Translations under genes and position numbers: made by a program
Notes under the pieces: generated by a model
What the model was told of the DNA's origin: nothing
The model's database searches: none
What the model saw: the letters and a program-made list of their open reading frames with translations, nothing else
Part shown: piece by piece, positions 63,076 through 64,000 of the stretch
How the letters are laid out: each line of letters starts with the position of its first letter
How positions within the stretch are numbered: the stretch's first letter is position 1
Origin: Heptranchias perlo
Lineage: Eukaryota
Length of the DNA: 64,000 nucleotides
Direction of reading: 5' to 3'
NCBI RefSeq assembly: GCF_035084215.1
Contig: NC_090330.1
Coordinates: forward strand, 93,930,001 to 93,994,000

Positions 63076-64000
63076 ACGGCATAGCTCAGCAGAGGTTTCA
63101 TATCAATTAAAAATTCACATTGCATATTTTCACATTATAGAGGTAATTTTCTGACTTTACACTCCCAGCGAGGAGCTTCACCGAATAAGAGCACATGCCA
63201 GAAATACTAGTATGTGCTGCATATGATTTTCCAACCATTACCCAAGAAAATTAACCCTTATGTGCTAAGATATTTTAGTGGGCTATTGTTATAAAATAGG
63301 ACAGACAATATAAGCCAAGCACATGTATAACAGTGCTCCAGGTGGGTTGAAATGAAAAGAAAAACTATCATTTAGAAAGAGCTTCAGGGTTTCTGACACA
63401 ATATCGTAAAGCATTTCATATATAATCAATTACTGTGAAGGGCAGTCACTGTTGAGAAGAGACTTTTTTTAAAATTTGAGGCTAAATATCTTTTGCTTTC
63501 ACTCCATTCTCTGTTCTTCCCGGACCATACACCAAATGCAAATAAGAGGGTGAATGAGTTTCTCTAAATTAGCCACTTGAGAGTAGCCGGAGAACAATTC
63601 TTTCTCCTTGTCTGAAAATGCTTATCATCTCAATGGTGCCTCCTCACAGCAATGTGGTTGTGATAAGAAACTCACTTACCTAGAGCATCGAACCCACATC
63701 TCACCAGTTTATGAGGTCGTATATCAGTGCTTCAGAACACATTGGAAGTATCAATAAACGGCATATATACACCAATGCTAAATAGAAACTGCCAAGGGGA
63801 AAGTTGAAAGAAACCTAGGAGTGTTAGTTGACTCATCACTCACTGATGGGTAATTTTCACTTTGGGTGAGGGCTGAGACTGGCAGTTGTAGATCGGCTGT
63901 CCGTTATAGACTCTGCCCAATATTCCTTTCCCTTGAAGTCTGTGGAAAGGAAAATCAGTTTTTTAGGATTTTGAAAGGAATTGATAGGGTAGATGGAGAA

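Overview
Eukaryotic, vertebrate genomic DNA. The repeat content (CR1 and L2 LINEs, Deu-type SINEs, Penelope elements) points to a cartilaginous fish; this is an inference. One host gene is supported: the single coding exon of SLITRK6 (3649-6225, +), with a splice acceptor at 3621-3624 and poly(A) signals near 7295-7363. The ~57 kb downstream show no recognisable host gene and are dense in transposons. (1) A PIF/Harbinger family appears at several stages of decay: a young, near-complete 4.1-kb copy (57303-61445) with a 3-exon Myb/SANT gene and a convergent HARBI1-type transposase, each broken by one frameshift; two deletion derivatives; two old relics; and several MITE-like ends. (2) Penelope-like elements (RT + GIY-YIG) carry a minimal hammerhead ribozyme, and two tiny fold-back inserts with 12-16 bp TSDs invert inside the hammerhead. 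(3) There are nested CR1s, L2 fragments, two SINE families whose tails match LINEs in the same window, an LF-SINE-like element and a hAT-Charlie-type MITE. The most notable observations are the covarying hammerhead and fold-back mini-elements, the conserved overlapping poly(A) signals and promoter-type motifs in the Harbinger family, and a deletion breakpoint shared by the two Harbinger derivatives. Family assignments rest on motif recognition by eye; no database search was run.
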